A stretch of DNA of 64,000 bases from Candidatus Moraniibacteriota bacterium (lineage in GTDB: Bacteria > Patescibacteriota > Minisyncoccia > Moranbacterales > UBA1568). The translations under genes were made by a program, and so were the position numbers. The notes below the pieces were generated by a model, which did no database searches, was not told the DNA's origin, and saw only the letters and a list, made by a program, of their open reading frames with translations. The first letter of the stretch is position 1; each line of letters opens with the position of its first letter. Location of the stretch: positions 3,448 to 67,447 of the forward strand of contig JAAXTX010000003.1 of the NCBI GenBank assembly GCA_013336285.1. The letters are read 5' to 3'. Below are positions 49,588 to 59,111 of the stretch, in pieces.

Positions 49588-50334
49588 ATGGCACTCTGTC
49601 TTTCATTCATATCGGGTTTACTCACGGCCGCAATCGTTCTGTATCTTTTCGATATCGCGCGAAAGATATCCAAAGCGAAGAAAAGACTAGCGGACGTTCC
49701 CGGGACGGTCACTTCAAATGACCTCCTGTCATCGTACGACTGTCTGGAAAACATTTTGCGAATGGTTCCGAAATCGCTTCGTTATCGCCCTCCATTCAGT
49801 GATATAGCTCGACTGGAAAACAAGCTGGCGGACTGGCACAGGGTGCTGTTCATACAAGAAATGGAGTCGGGAATCATCATGAGCGTAGCGACAGCCGGGT
49901 TCCTACTTGAAGCGGCTGAAACGTGGTATTCCGTCCTCTCGAAGGAAATCGTCTTCGATGACCCGAAGGCCTTCAAGATGTGGATGAATTTCCGGACGAG
50001 AAGAATAGCGACTCTCTCATTTGTCGTCATGCACCTGATCGATTGGTACGACTACAATATGGACGATCTCAGACATCAGTCCGTGTATTGGACCAAGATA
50101 AGAGAATTGATCGGGGAATCTTCCGGAAAGAGCGTATTATCCGGAATCAATGAGCGACAACTTGCCGGAACGAAAGTAATCGCAAGTGCCTGCCGTCTCA
50201 AAGACATACTGATGTCAGGTACGGACGAACCCCACGACGATGCCGTCATCACGGCAATCAAGGAACTTGCTACCGAATCAAGACGCGCCTATGATATGGC
50301 TTGGAAAAATCAGAAGACCCTCGGACGTGAATGA
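49588..50334 (+). CDS. Hypothetical membrane-anchored protein. Start taken at the ATG with an AGGA RBS; the longer ORF begins at 49510.
   Basis: AGGA 7 nt upstream of the ATG at 49588, and an N-terminal TM helix. Confidence 0.4.
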   Translation: MALCLSFISGLLTAAIVLYLFDIARKISKAKKRLADVPGTVTSNDLLSSYDCLENILRMVPKSLRYRPPFSDIARLENKLADWHRVLFIQEMESGIIMSVATAGFLLEAAETWYSVLSKEIVFDDPKAFKMWMNFRTRRIATLSFVVMHLIDWYDYNMDDLRHQSVYWTKIRELIGESSGKSVLSGINERQLAGTKVIASACRLKDILMSGTDEPHDDAVITAIKELATESRRAYDMAWKNQKTLGRE

Positions 50335-50359
50335 CGTCCGAGGGTTTTTTCGTATCGGA

Positions 50360-50764
50360 TCACTCTTTCTCCCCGCCGACATGATCGAGAATCCCATGGA
50401 TGATCGAACTCGTGACGGACATCACGAGCGAGCCGAGAAGCGCCGCACCGAAACCGGCGACCTCGAACCCCTGGATCACGCCACCGAGCCATGCGAAAAG
50501 CGCGGCATTGATCACGAAGATGAACAGACCGAACGTTATGATCGTTACCGGAAGCGTGAGTATGACCAATATGGGTCGTACGAACAGACCCAGAATACCC
50601 CAGACGGCCGCGAGTAGGATCGCTGTCATGAAACCGTCCACGTGTACGCCTGGCACGAATCTGGCCGTGACGAAGAATCCGAGAGCCACCGCGAACCATC
50701 TGATGATGAGTTTCATACGAATGAATGACAATTTTTTTTCGTCCCCGCGCCCCGAATCTATCAT
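50360..50764 (-). CDS. DUF360-like four-TM membrane protein (phage-holin-4 superfamily-like). Alternative start at 50716.
   Basis: Pattern AVALGFFVTARFVPGVHVDGFMTAILLAAVWGILGLF. Confidence 0.45.
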   Translation of the reverse strand: MIDSGRGDEKKLSFIRMKLIIRWFAVALGFFVTARFVPGVHVDGFMTAILLAAVWGILGLFVRPILVILTLPVTIITFGLFIFVINAALFAWLGGVIQGFEVAGFGAALLGSLVMSVTSSIIHGILDHVGGEKE

Positions 50765-50879
50765 TTTTGCCGCACTCTTTCAAGCCTCATACCGGTCCGA
50801 TATCGCGTCCGATCCGCCACATTTTATGTGATGATTGTTCCTCACATGTCTGAACCGGGCGAAACGTATAACGAATGTT

Positions 50880-51446
50880 TCACGCGGGACAGGATTCCTT
50901 CTCGGGATGTCTCTGCTTCAGGGAGAATCGGCAACCGCAGTAATCCTGACGATAGATGCCTCGCTCGGCTATCATCTTCTTGCCGAGCTCCTGACGTCCT
51001 CCTTTTTTCCAGTCTTCACCGCAGTAGCGGACACCGAACCGTTCAGCGGCTTCCATGCCGATCGCGTCGATGATATCGGCGCGTTTATTGCGACCGCTCG
51101 AAAGAGTGGTTCCGAATACGGAAAATCCGAGTTCCAAGGCCGTTTCGGCCGTACGAAACAGCCTGTATCGGAAACAGACGGGGCAACGCCTCCCTCCTTC
51201 TTTTTCCTTTTCCAATCCCTTGACCTCTTCCTCCCATGCCGACGCGTCATAATCCTCATCGATCATCGGAATTCCCCATTCACCGCACACGCGTACCACT
51301 TCACTTTTGCGCTTCTGATATTCCGTTTCGGGAAATATGTTCGGATTATAAAACAGCACCCAGAGATCGTATGACGATCTGAGTCCGTCGATCACCGCGA
51401 TTCCGCATGGCGCGCAGCATACATGAAGCAGGAATCTTTCCTTCAT
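50880..51446 (-). CDS. queH: Epoxyqueuosine reductase QueH (DUF208).
   Basis: LLHVCCAPCGIAV N-terminus and the conserved Cys pattern. Confidence 0.8.
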   Translation of the reverse strand: MKERFLLHVCCAPCGIAVIDGLRSSYDLWVLFYNPNIFPETEYQKRKSEVVRVCGEWGIPMIDEDYDASAWEEEVKGLEKEKEGGRRCPVCFRYRLFRTAETALELGFSVFGTTLSSGRNKRADIIDAIGMEAAERFGVRYCGEDWKKGGRQELGKKMIAERGIYRQDYCGCRFSLKQRHPEKESCPA

Positions 51447-51479
51447 AACAACAGATGAGCGATACCCTGTCGCGACCGT

Positions 51480-52904
51480 CTAATTCCTCCGGCGGGCGAT
51501 CAGGGAACGGGCCGTCCTGAAACAGATATTGATATCAAGCCATATCGACCAGTTCTCGATGTAGTAGACATCAAGACGATATTCATCCTCGAAAGGCAGA
51601 TCTGAGCGGCCGGAAACCTGAGCCAAGCCGGTAAGTCCGGGTTTTATAGTGAGAAGACGTCGATGATATTCACGGTACTTCTCGACCTCGCGCTTCTGAT
51701 GCGGGCGCGGACCGACAAGACTCATCTCCCCGCGGAACACGTTTAAGAACTGCGGGAGCTCGTCGATCGAATATTTTTCGATGAAAGCACCTACCTTGGT
51801 CTTCCTGGGATCATCCTTTATCTTGTAGAGCGGCCCCTTGCGGACGCTGCGCTCCTCGATGAGTTGTTTCTCGAACGCGAGGGCCCCTTCGAAATCCGGA
51901 TTGTCATGCGTGACGCAATACTTCCACTTCATATAGCGGAACTTGTACACCATGAATTTCTTCCCGTTCTCACCGATACGTTCGTTCTTGTATACGATCG
52001 GCCCCGATCCGTCCTCGATCTTGATGAGCAGCGCGACGATCGCCATGACCGGCGAAAACAGGACTATGAACACCGCTGAAGCTACGACGTCAAAGATCCT
52101 TTTCAACACCCGACCCCAGCCATCGAGCGGCGTATGAAGGAAGCGGATCATCGGCTCCCCGTTGAACACTTCAAGCTGGAACCGCGATGTCTGCAACGTC
52201 GTCGGCAGGTATTTGAATGAGATATCGTGAATCTGGCAGTAGTCGAGTATCTTCTCCTGTTCATCGTCGGTGATCGACTGGTCGCAGACAATGATTTCGT
52301 CGATTCCCTTCTCCTCGCGTATCGCATCGATCCGATGCAGGCTGGCCGTCTCCATTATATCCACGACATTGTAGCCGAGTTCCGGATGTTTCGTGAACAT
52401 CTTCGCGAAGCGCCGGACACGACCGTTCACTCCGATCAGAAGCACCCGGTACGCGCCGACTCCCTTCCTTATGAGATAGTACCGTTGTATTTTTCGAAGC
52501 AGGAACCGTGCGAGCGATACATACGCGGTCGCCACGAACCACCCGGCAAGGATGATAAATCGGGACGAAAACCAGTCCCGTTCGAGGAAGACCGCTATGA
52601 TGATGACCACGATGCCGAGCGAAGTCGCCCGGAACACCATCAGCGCTTCCTCCCAGGAACGACGTGGCGATCTGATCACATACAGCCGTTCGATCGCATA
52701 TACTATGAGAAAAAACGGCGCGACGATAAGCGACATCTCGAAAAAACGATCGTAGGTCATCGAATAGACCTTCGGATTGATGATATCGGAATATTGCGGA
52801 AGGAGATCGCGAAGAACGTACACTGAAGAAGCCGCGAGGACAAGCATGATATAGTCCACCGGCACTTGAAGCACGCTCCAGAATAATTCCGATCGCTTCA
52901 TCAT
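51480..52904 (-). CDS. Polyprenyl-phosphate sugar phosphotransferase (WbaP/CpsE-like initiating transferase).
   Basis: The C-terminal bacterial sugar transferase domain reads [21 protein letters not shown]...[12 protein letters not shown], and the N-terminus has TM helices. Confidence 0.85.
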   Translation of the reverse strand: MMKRSELFWSVLQVPVDYIMLVLAASSVYVLRDLLPQYSDIINPKVYSMTYDRFFEMSLIVAPFFLIVYAIERLYVIRSPRRSWEEALMVFRATSLGIVVIIIAVFLERDWFSSRFIILAGWFVATAYVSLARFLLRKIQRYYLIRKGVGAYRVLLIGVNGRVRRFAKMFTKHPELGYNVVDIMETASLHRIDAIREEKGIDEIIVCDQSITDDEQEKILDYCQIHDISFKYLPTTLQTSRFQLEVFNGEPMIRFLHTPLDGWGRVLKRIFDVVASAVFIVLFSPVMAIVALLIKIEDGSGPIVYKNERIGENGKKFMVYKFRYMKWKYCVTHDNPDFEGALAFEKQLIEERSVRKGPLYKIKDDPRKTKVGAFIEKYSIDELPQFLNVFRGEMSLVGPRPHQKREVEKYREYHRRLLTIKPGLTGLAQVSGRSDLPFEDEYRLDVYYIENWSIWLDINICFRTARSLIARRRN

Positions 52905-52943
52905 AATATGAAGATATTGTAGGTCGGTTTCCCGATCCTTCGT

Positions 52944-53362
52944 CCCCGAAACAGGCTCATAAGCCGGATTCTGTTAGGAGCCGAGGCTCCCGATCCATCA
53001 TTTGTCTGGGACCGCCGTTACCGACGGCCTCGTGCGGCACTCCCTGACTTGCGTCGGGGCACGGCCTTGCACACGGATAAGGGTTTAGCCGTTTCACCCC
53101 GCATGTCACCATGCGGACTCGCCCCGACGAATCGGGGCGCCCTGCCCTTTCGGGCACAGAGCCTGTCTTCAAAAGTCTCTTTCGTGTAGAAAAAGGACTT
53201 TTGAAGACAGGCTCTTAGGCGTCTCTGCTCGCACCTCGCGCCTCGCGGCGGACGGGCGTTACCCGCTACCTTTTCCTCCGACTTGCGCCGGAATCGTGTG
53301 TCCGGACTTTCCTCCCCGCCAGCCACAAATGGCTGCCGAAGCGATGGCCCGGCCTGTTTCAG
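52944..53362 (-). ncRNA. rnpB: RNase P RNA (bacterial type A).
   Basis: The minus strand contains GGAAAGTCCGGAC (P4 5' strand), GGGGTGAAACGGC (J11/12-like), ACAGAATCCGGCTTATGAGCC (P4 3' strand) and P1 pairing GAAACAGGC/GCCTGTTTC. The ORF track reports only short spurious ORFs here. Confidence 0.8.
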
Positions 53363-53402
53363 GAATGAAGGAACACGAAAAAAAGCCCTCCGGATACGGC
53401 TT

Positions 53403-53432
53403 CGTTATATCACGGAACACAATGTATGTCAA
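53403..53432 (-). promoter_or_regulatory. Consensus sigma70 promoter upstream of rnpB.
   Basis: On the minus strand, TTGACA, a 17-nt spacer, then TATAAC. Confidence 0.5.
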
Positions 53433-53499
53433 TTAATGGCTTTTATAAGCCATTATAAATGTAACGGGCATCCGTCTTTTCGGCAAATGACTCACGGAC

Positions 53500-55896
53500 T
53501 TATGACGATAATCTGGCGGAATACGCCCGGCCGATTTTCGCGATGATACCTTCGATCTCCCTCTCGATCTCCTCACTCGTGACAGATCGGTCATCCCGTC
53601 CGAACGACAGATGGAATGCGACATTCTTTTCTTCCCCTTTCGCATAGATATCGAACACGTCCGACTCACGAAGAAGAAGGGACGCCCCCCGTATTGCCTT
53701 CCCCAGATCGCCGACATTCACCTTACTTGAAACGGTGAGGGACAGATCGCGAATCGCGTACGGGAACTTCGGCAGAGTACGATACGTCCGTACCGTCTCG
53801 AACGCAGAACGAAGCACGTCGAAAGAAAATTGCGCGGACACGACGGATCCGCGAAGTCCGTATGCCTCCGCGATGAAAGGGGCGATTTCACCTGCCACGC
53901 CAAGCATGTCGTCGCCCAACGAAATCACGGCCGTCCGCGTCGGATGAAACAGGGAGTTGATTCCAGTCGCCCCGCCTTCCGGAAGAGGCGACCATGCGAT
54001 CTCACTGAGATTGGAGAACCTGAACATCTTCCCAAGCGAACCTTTGAGCGTTTTGAACCCGTCCTCACCCTTCCTCGTGACGAGTATCATGGACAGCATC
54101 CGTTCCTCGACCGGTTTGCCGTCCTCGCCGATAAGATATCGGTCACCGAGCTCGAAGAATCGGAATGATTCGAGATATCGAAGATTCTCTTTTGCTTTGC
54201 GAAGTGCGGTCGGCAACAGACTCACCCGAAGCATAGCCTGGTCGGGATTCATCGGATTCGCGAGACGCAGATGTCTCGCGAAGAGTCCCTCGCCGAACCG
54301 TTTCGCATCCGACTCGGAATAGAACGAGTACGTAGTGATCTCATCCCAACCCGACGCCGCGAGAAAATTTCGCAGTTCGCGTCCGAACCTGAATGATTCG
54401 TTCACTGCCGGCGCCGACATCGGCAAAGCGGGCACCACCGGCGGGAATCCGTCATATCCGATAATGCGTCCCACCTCTTCCGCGAAATCCCACCCGTCGC
54501 GAAGATCCGGACGGAACGTCGGCACGACCGCGATCCATTCGTCGCCGTCATCGGAAACGTCGATGCCGAGACACTCGAGCTTCTCTTTCGCATCCGGGAG
54601 CGAAATCCCGGTCCCGAACATGTTCCGGAAGACCGAGGACGGGAAACGGACGGTAACCGGCTCATCCGAACGGGTTACCATATCAGTCGCACCCGAAACA
54701 GTCGCTCCCGCATCGGACGAAAAAATCCGTATCGCATCGATCGCGGCGTCCGTCGCGCGGTCGGTATCCACGTTTCGTTCGAACCGATACGATGCGTCGG
54801 TAGGCATCCTGTGTCTCGCGGCCGTCTTACGGATCGATGACGGATCGAACGACGCTATCTCAAGAAATACGCGGTTCGTCGTCACGCTGATTCCCGACCG
54901 ACTCCCGCCCATGACACCGGCAAGGGCGAGGGGACGTTTCGTATCGGCGATGACGAGATCTTCGGAACAAAGGGAGATTTTCGAGCCGTCGAGTAATTCC
55001 AACGTCTCTCCCTCGGACGCCAGTCGCACGACGATTCCTCCGGACACGATATCCGCATCGAACGCGTGCATCGGTTGGCCGTGAAGGAGCATCAGGTAGT
55101 TGGTGACATCGACCGCCATGTTTATCGGACGAAGTCCGGACCGGATCAAAGCCGATCGCATCCGAAGCGAAGATTTCCCCGTAACGACACCGTCGATCAA
55201 GATACCAAAATATCGCCGACATCGGTCGGATTCGATCGAAACGGTCACAGTGGAATCCGGAAGCGCGGTCAACGGCGATCTTTCGTCGTCGAACGAAAGA
55301 CGACGACCTTCGAGCGCCGCTATCTCACGCGCGAGCCCGCGGTACGAGACGGCATCGCATCCGCGATTCGGAAGCACGTTCACATCGAGAATCGCATCCG
55401 CGAGTCCCGCATATTCCGCGAAGGACATGCCAAGCGGAGCGTCTTCGGGAAGCACAAGGATACCCTCGTGCTCCGATCCGAGACCGAGTTCATCCTCCGC
55501 ACAGATCATCCCCGACGACGCGACACCGCGTATCTTCGACTCTTTGATTTCGATACCGCCGGGAAGCTTCGCGCCCGGGAGTGCCACGGCGACATACTGT
55601 CCCACGGCGACGTTCGGCGCGCCGCACACGATCGTGCGGGCCGGCTCCCCTTCCGTAACCGTCACCGTCGTCACCCGCAGCCGATCCGCATCGGGATGCG
55701 GCTGTACCGTCTCCACACGGCCGATCACGACTTTTTCAAGCCCGTGCACGAACGATTCGACGGACTCCACCTCGAACGCATGGAACATGATGAGTTCCCC
55801 GAGTTCTTTCGGGGTTTTCTCCGTCTTCGACAATTCCTTCAGCCAATTATAGGAAAATTTCATATTGATAGCTTCGCAAGCTTCATTAAGCTTCAT
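53500..55896 (-). CDS. pheT: Phenylalanine--tRNA ligase beta subunit.
   Basis: MKFSYNWLKEL N-terminus, 798 aa, with tRNA-binding, B3/4, B5 and FDX-ACB-like regions. Confidence 0.9.
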   Translation of the reverse strand: MKLNEACEAINMKFSYNWLKELSKTEKTPKELGELIMFHAFEVESVESFVHGLEKVVIGRVETVQPHPDADRLRVTTVTVTEGEPARTIVCGAPNVAVGQYVAVALPGAKLPGGIEIKESKIRGVASSGMICAEDELGLGSEHEGILVLPEDAPLGMSFAEYAGLADAILDVNVLPNRGCDAVSYRGLAREIAALEGRRLSFDDERSPLTALPDSTVTVSIESDRCRRYFGILIDGVVTGKSSLRMRSALIRSGLRPINMAVDVTNYLMLLHGQPMHAFDADIVSGGIVVRLASEGETLELLDGSKISLCSEDLVIADTKRPLALAGVMGGSRSGISVTTNRVFLEIASFDPSSIRKTAARHRMPTDASYRFERNVDTDRATDAAIDAIRIFSSDAGATVSGATDMVTRSDEPVTVRFPSSVFRNMFGTGISLPDAKEKLECLGIDVSDDGDEWIAVVPTFRPDLRDGWDFAEEVGRIIGYDGFPPVVPALPMSAPAVNESFRFGRELRNFLAASGWDEITTYSFYSESDAKRFGEGLFARHLRLANPMNPDQAMLRVSLLPTALRKAKENLRYLESFRFFELGDRYLIGEDGKPVEERMLSMILVTRKGEDGFKTLKGSLGKMFRFSNLSEIAWSPLPEGGATGINSLFHPTRTAVISLGDDMLGVAGEIAPFIAEAYGLRGSVVSAQFSFDVLRSAFETVRTYRTLPKFPYAIRDLSLTVSSKVNVGDLGKAIRGASLLLRESDVFDIYAKGEEKNVAFHLSFGRDDRSVTSEEIEREIEGIIAKIGRAYSARLSS

Positions 55897-56273
55897 TAAG
55901 CTTCCAGAGCTTTTTCAGATTTCGGATTAAGTTTTTGAATCATGCTCCGTAGCATACGTTCAACTTCGAGTATCAGGCCGCTTATCTTTTCATAATTCAA
56001 ATCTTTTGTCCTCGGAAGTAACTTTGCGATTTCCATCTGCGTTTCCAATTCTCCCGTCGAACCGAGTGCTGTCCTCAGGAATTGAACAAATTCTTTCTTC
56101 GTCCCACGATGCCTCCCTTCGGCGATATTCGATGGAACGGAGACCGCTGCCCGACGCATCTACGATACCAACCCATATATTTCTTCTTCGGGAAAACCTT
56201 CCGTCACCGCATACGTTTCAGCGACCAATTCCATCGCTCTTTGCCATACGATCAATTCCTTATTAACTGTGTA
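55896..56273 (-). pseudogene. Four-helix-bundle protein of the 23S rRNA intervening-sequence family, interrupted by an in-frame TAG (and with a TGA a few codons upstream of the conserved N-terminal helix).
   Basis: Minus-strand translation gives NKELIVWQRAMELVAETYAVTEGFPEEEIYGLVS-TAG-MRRAAVSVPSNIAEGRHRGTKKEFVQFLRTALGSTGELETQMEIAKLL. The TAG falls exactly on the conserved Gln of ...YGL(T/S)SQLRRAAVSIPSNIAEG. Confidence 0.5.
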
Positions 56274-56351
56274 TCATAGTTGCAGCTTCTTAAGCTTCGT
56301 CAAGCTTCTTTCGGAAAGCTTTCGCAGCTCGTGAAGCTTCTGCGGCTTCGG

Positions 56352-57389
56352 TCAGAACTGACGTATGAATCGCAAATCGCCACTCATGAACATGCGGGTG
56401 TCGGGAATGCGGTATTTCATCATCGCCAAACGTTCCAAGCCAAAGCCCCATGCGAATCCCTGATACTGCCCTCGCGGATATCCGGCCGCCTCGAACACTT
56501 TCTGTTGGACCATACCCGCTCCCCCGACCTCGATCCAGCCCACCCCCTTGCACGAGGAACAACCATTCCCGCCACAGAACACGCACGAGATATCGAACTC
56601 GAATCCCGGTTCGACAAACGGGAAATAACTCGGTCGCAGGCGGACCGAAACCTTCCTTCCGAAAAACGCCTCGAAGAACGTCTCGCCGAGCTGTTTGAAA
56701 TGTCCGACGGTCAGGTCGCCAGCCTCTCCGACCACCAGGCTCTCGAATTGATGAAAGGTATGCTCGTGCGTCGCGTCGGTGGATTCGTTACGAAAGGTGC
56801 GCCCCGGAACGATGATGCGGAACGGGGGCGTATGCGTTTCCATGTAGCGGATCTGTACCGGGGAAGTGTGTGTCCGAAGCACATAACGCGTATCCAGGCC
56901 CTCGCTGTCGATCCAGAACGTGTCCTGCATGTCGCGCGCCGGATGATCGGCCGGAAAGTTAAGCGCCTCGAAATTATAAAACTCGGTCTCGAGCTCCGGA
57001 CCTTCGGGAATTTCGAAGCCAAGACGGGTGAAGATATCCCCGAGTTCCCCGATTATCAACGAGATCGGGTGAAGATGGCCGAGCGGATCGTTCGCGCCCG
57101 GTGCGGTCACGTCAATACGCTCCGCTTCCCAATCACGACCTTCTCGCGCGACACGCTCTTTCGCGGACGAAAACGCTTCCATGAGTGCCATGCGCACTCC
57201 CTGTACTGCCGGCCCCACTTCGCGCTTCTCATCGGCCGAAAGGTCCTTAAGTCCTTTCAGGATACCGGTAAGCTCGCTTTTACGGCCGAAGTATCTTACC
57301 TCGAGCTCCCGGAGTTCTTCCTCGGAACCGGCCTCGGGAAACGCCTTCTTTCCTTCCTTTTCGATTTCTTGAATCCGTTCGGTAGCCAT
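56352..57389 (-). CDS. pheS: Phenylalanine--tRNA ligase alpha subunit.
   Basis: FRNESTDATHEHTFHQFESLVVGE (motif 2) and GFAWGFGLERLAMM (motif 3). Confidence 0.9.
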   Translation of the reverse strand: MATERIQEIEKEGKKAFPEAGSEEELRELEVRYFGRKSELTGILKGLKDLSADEKREVGPAVQGVRMALMEAFSSAKERVAREGRDWEAERIDVTAPGANDPLGHLHPISLIIGELGDIFTRLGFEIPEGPELETEFYNFEALNFPADHPARDMQDTFWIDSEGLDTRYVLRTHTSPVQIRYMETHTPPFRIIVPGRTFRNESTDATHEHTFHQFESLVVGEAGDLTVGHFKQLGETFFEAFFGRKVSVRLRPSYFPFVEPGFEFDISCVFCGGNGCSSCKGVGWIEVGGAGMVQQKVFEAAGYPRGQYQGFAWGFGLERLAMMKYRIPDTRMFMSGDLRFIRQF

Positions 57390-57641
57390 AATGAATAGGC
57401 GTTAAAACGCTTCAATAATACCACTATCAGTAAACAATGAGCAAATAACAGGGAACAAAAGCAGACAAAAAAATGCAGACGACGGCCAACGGAGACCGAG
57501 GATCGGAATCTGGGTCTCTATTTTCCGTTTAACTACCGCTCAACACCTGCAGTTTCGCTAACTATTGCACATTGATCCCTGCCCTCTACAATTTTGTCTT
57601 TCCTGTCTCTGACTTTATAGATCTTATGACTTTCGACTTTA

Positions 57642-57670
57642 TAGACCGTTCCTTGTCCCTGTGCTATACT
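57642..57670 (+). promoter_or_regulatory. Candidate extended -10 promoter (TAGACC, 17-nt spacer, TGcTATACT) facing the 47-bp repeat array. It is flanked by 12-mer direct repeats gactttatagat/gactttatagac at 57611-57622 and 57635-57646.
   Basis: Read directly from the sequence. The -35 element is weak and the TGn extended -10 is present. Confidence 0.35.
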
Positions 57671-57764
57671 GTCTTTGAAAACCTCCAGAACGAGGCGTTG
57701 AATACAATGGAACCCACCTGGCATCCAGGGAAAAGTAATTTTTTCCTACAACCGCTTTTCATGG

Positions 57765-57945
57765 GATCCATATGCGCCTCCGCATTGGGGGTTTTTCTTA
57801 TCCAAAAAATTGCGTTCCATACGGCCTCCGCAACGGGGTTTTTCTTATCCAAAAAATTGCGTTCCATACGGCCTCCGCAACGGGGTTTTTCTTATCCAAA
57901 AAATTGCGCTCCATACGGCCTCCGCAACGGGGTTTTTCATTGCAA
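57765..57945. repeat. Tandem direct repeat with a 47-bp unit in about 3.8 copies (GGGGTTTTTCTTATCCAAAAAATTGCGTTCCATACGGCCTCCGCAAC). It is not CRISPR-like, because there are no spacers.
   Basis: Unit starts are at 57788, 57835, 57882 and a partial copy at 57929. Copies are near-identical with one T/C difference. Each unit can form a TTGCG..CGCAA hairpin followed by a T-run. Confidence 0.8.
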
Positions 57946-58146
57946 GAACACGGTCCAATATTCATATCGTGGGAATCCGGGCAACTCTTCCTGTCCGGGC
58001 CACCAGTGATCGCAAAAACGATCCCAGCAAGGACGGAAGACCTGTTTCTTTCTGAAAAAATATCATCGGTTCTTTTGACGGCCCAGATATGCGGCTTCGA
58101 CTATAAATACACGCCATGGCTTCACCGGGTTTTAAGAGATAAAGAA

Positions 58147-58180
58147 AACGGGCACGTTATTTTCGTGCCCGCCGTTTTTC
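58147..58180. terminator. Bidirectional rho-independent terminator. On the minus strand it closes the AAA+/vWA operon, and on the plus strand it would end a transcript coming through the repeat region.
   Basis: Stem gggcacg/cgtgccc around a ttatttt loop, then gccgTTTTTc. On the minus strand the hairpin is followed by TTTTCTTT. Confidence 0.65.
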
Positions 58181-59108
58181 AATCTTCGTTCATTTCCAAT
58201 GAGTCATACTGGCTCGAGAGTTTCCTGAGATCCTCCAGATCCCCTCCGATGCATACGGTATGCAGGGTACAGTTGAGCTCCTTCAGACGACCGGACACCA
58301 TCTTACCGTTTACCCCCGCAGTACCGTCGGTGACAAGGAGAATCTTCGATTCCCCGAATCCCTTCTCTTCGGCAATCCGGAAGGCTTCCGCTAGGGCATG
58401 GTTGATATCCGTACCGCCGAGCGGATGTAACGCCCTAGCGAGTCTCCCTCGCAATTTGTCCGCGGATTGCTGGTCCGTGACCTCGCTCACTTCCCTGATG
58501 GTATCGGTATAGACGATCAGGATCATCTCGGCGCCGATCTTGACGCACCTGCCGATCAGTTGATCGACCAACGATATCGCCCATTCGACTCGCCCGAATT
58601 CCTCCATACTTCCCGATGCGTCGACAACCGCGATAAGCGCGTTGGCGGCTTTGCCCACATACTGGCGATATTCCTTGACCAGATGGCTGTTCACCGCAAG
58701 ACCGGCATAAAACTGTTCATCCGGAAGCAGCTGTGCTGTCGGTGACATGCGTCTCCATTCCTGGATTCCACGCATCGGTCGCATGGAAATATCGCGGACC
58801 GGATACATCGACTCTCGCGGTTCCGATCCGGGTATCGGCACATCCGACACCCTCTCCGTTTCGACGAACCGGATCGAATCGACTAGCCTCCTGATAAGCT
58901 CGTTCTTCCTCAGCCGCAAGTCACCGGAACGCTTATTACGATATTCTCCCTCTTCCCCTCCGGATAGGTCCCCTCCAGGCCCGTTTTCACCGGTACCATT
59001 CGGCGGGTATTCGGATGAAGGCCCGTCCCGCTTCGCTTTTCTTTTCGCGAGGAGCCACCCGATCGCCGCGGCAGCCGCAGCGGCCGCAAGATACACTAAC
59101 CATTCCAT
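58179..59108 (-). CDS. Membrane-anchored von Willebrand factor A (vWA) domain protein (ViaA-like partner of the upstream AAA+ ATPase).
   Basis: N-terminal TM helix (LVYLAAAAAAAAIGWLL), MIDAS motif VVDASGSM, and further vWA elements (LLVTDGT). Confidence 0.75.
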   Translation of the reverse strand: MEWLVYLAAAAAAAAIGWLLAKRKAKRDGPSSEYPPNGTGENGPGGDLSGGEEGEYRNKRSGDLRLRKNELIRRLVDSIRFVETERVSDVPIPGSEPRESMYPVRDISMRPMRGIQEWRRMSPTAQLLPDEQFYAGLAVNSHLVKEYRQYVGKAANALIAVVDASGSMEEFGRVEWAISLVDQLIGRCVKIGAEMILIVYTDTIREVSEVTDQQSADKLRGRLARALHPLGGTDINHALAEAFRIAEEKGFGESKILLVTDGTAGVNGKMVSGRLKELNCTLHTVCIGGDLEDLRKLSSQYDSLEMNED

Positions 59109-59111
59109 CCG

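Noticed and set aside
52957-53546. Short ORFs 52957-53172, 53018-53326 and 53283-53546.
   Set aside because: They lie on the RNase P RNA gene and its promoter.
55896-56280. Alternative genetic code (TGA or TAG as sense) suggested by in-frame stops in the four-helix-bundle gene.
   Set aside because: TGA, TAG and TAA terminate many complete, well-conserved genes in the window at the expected lengths. A pseudogene is the more parsimonious explanation.
57765-57945. The 47-bp repeat array read as a CRISPR array.
   Set aside because: The units are directly contiguous with no intervening unique spacers. No cas genes lie in the window.
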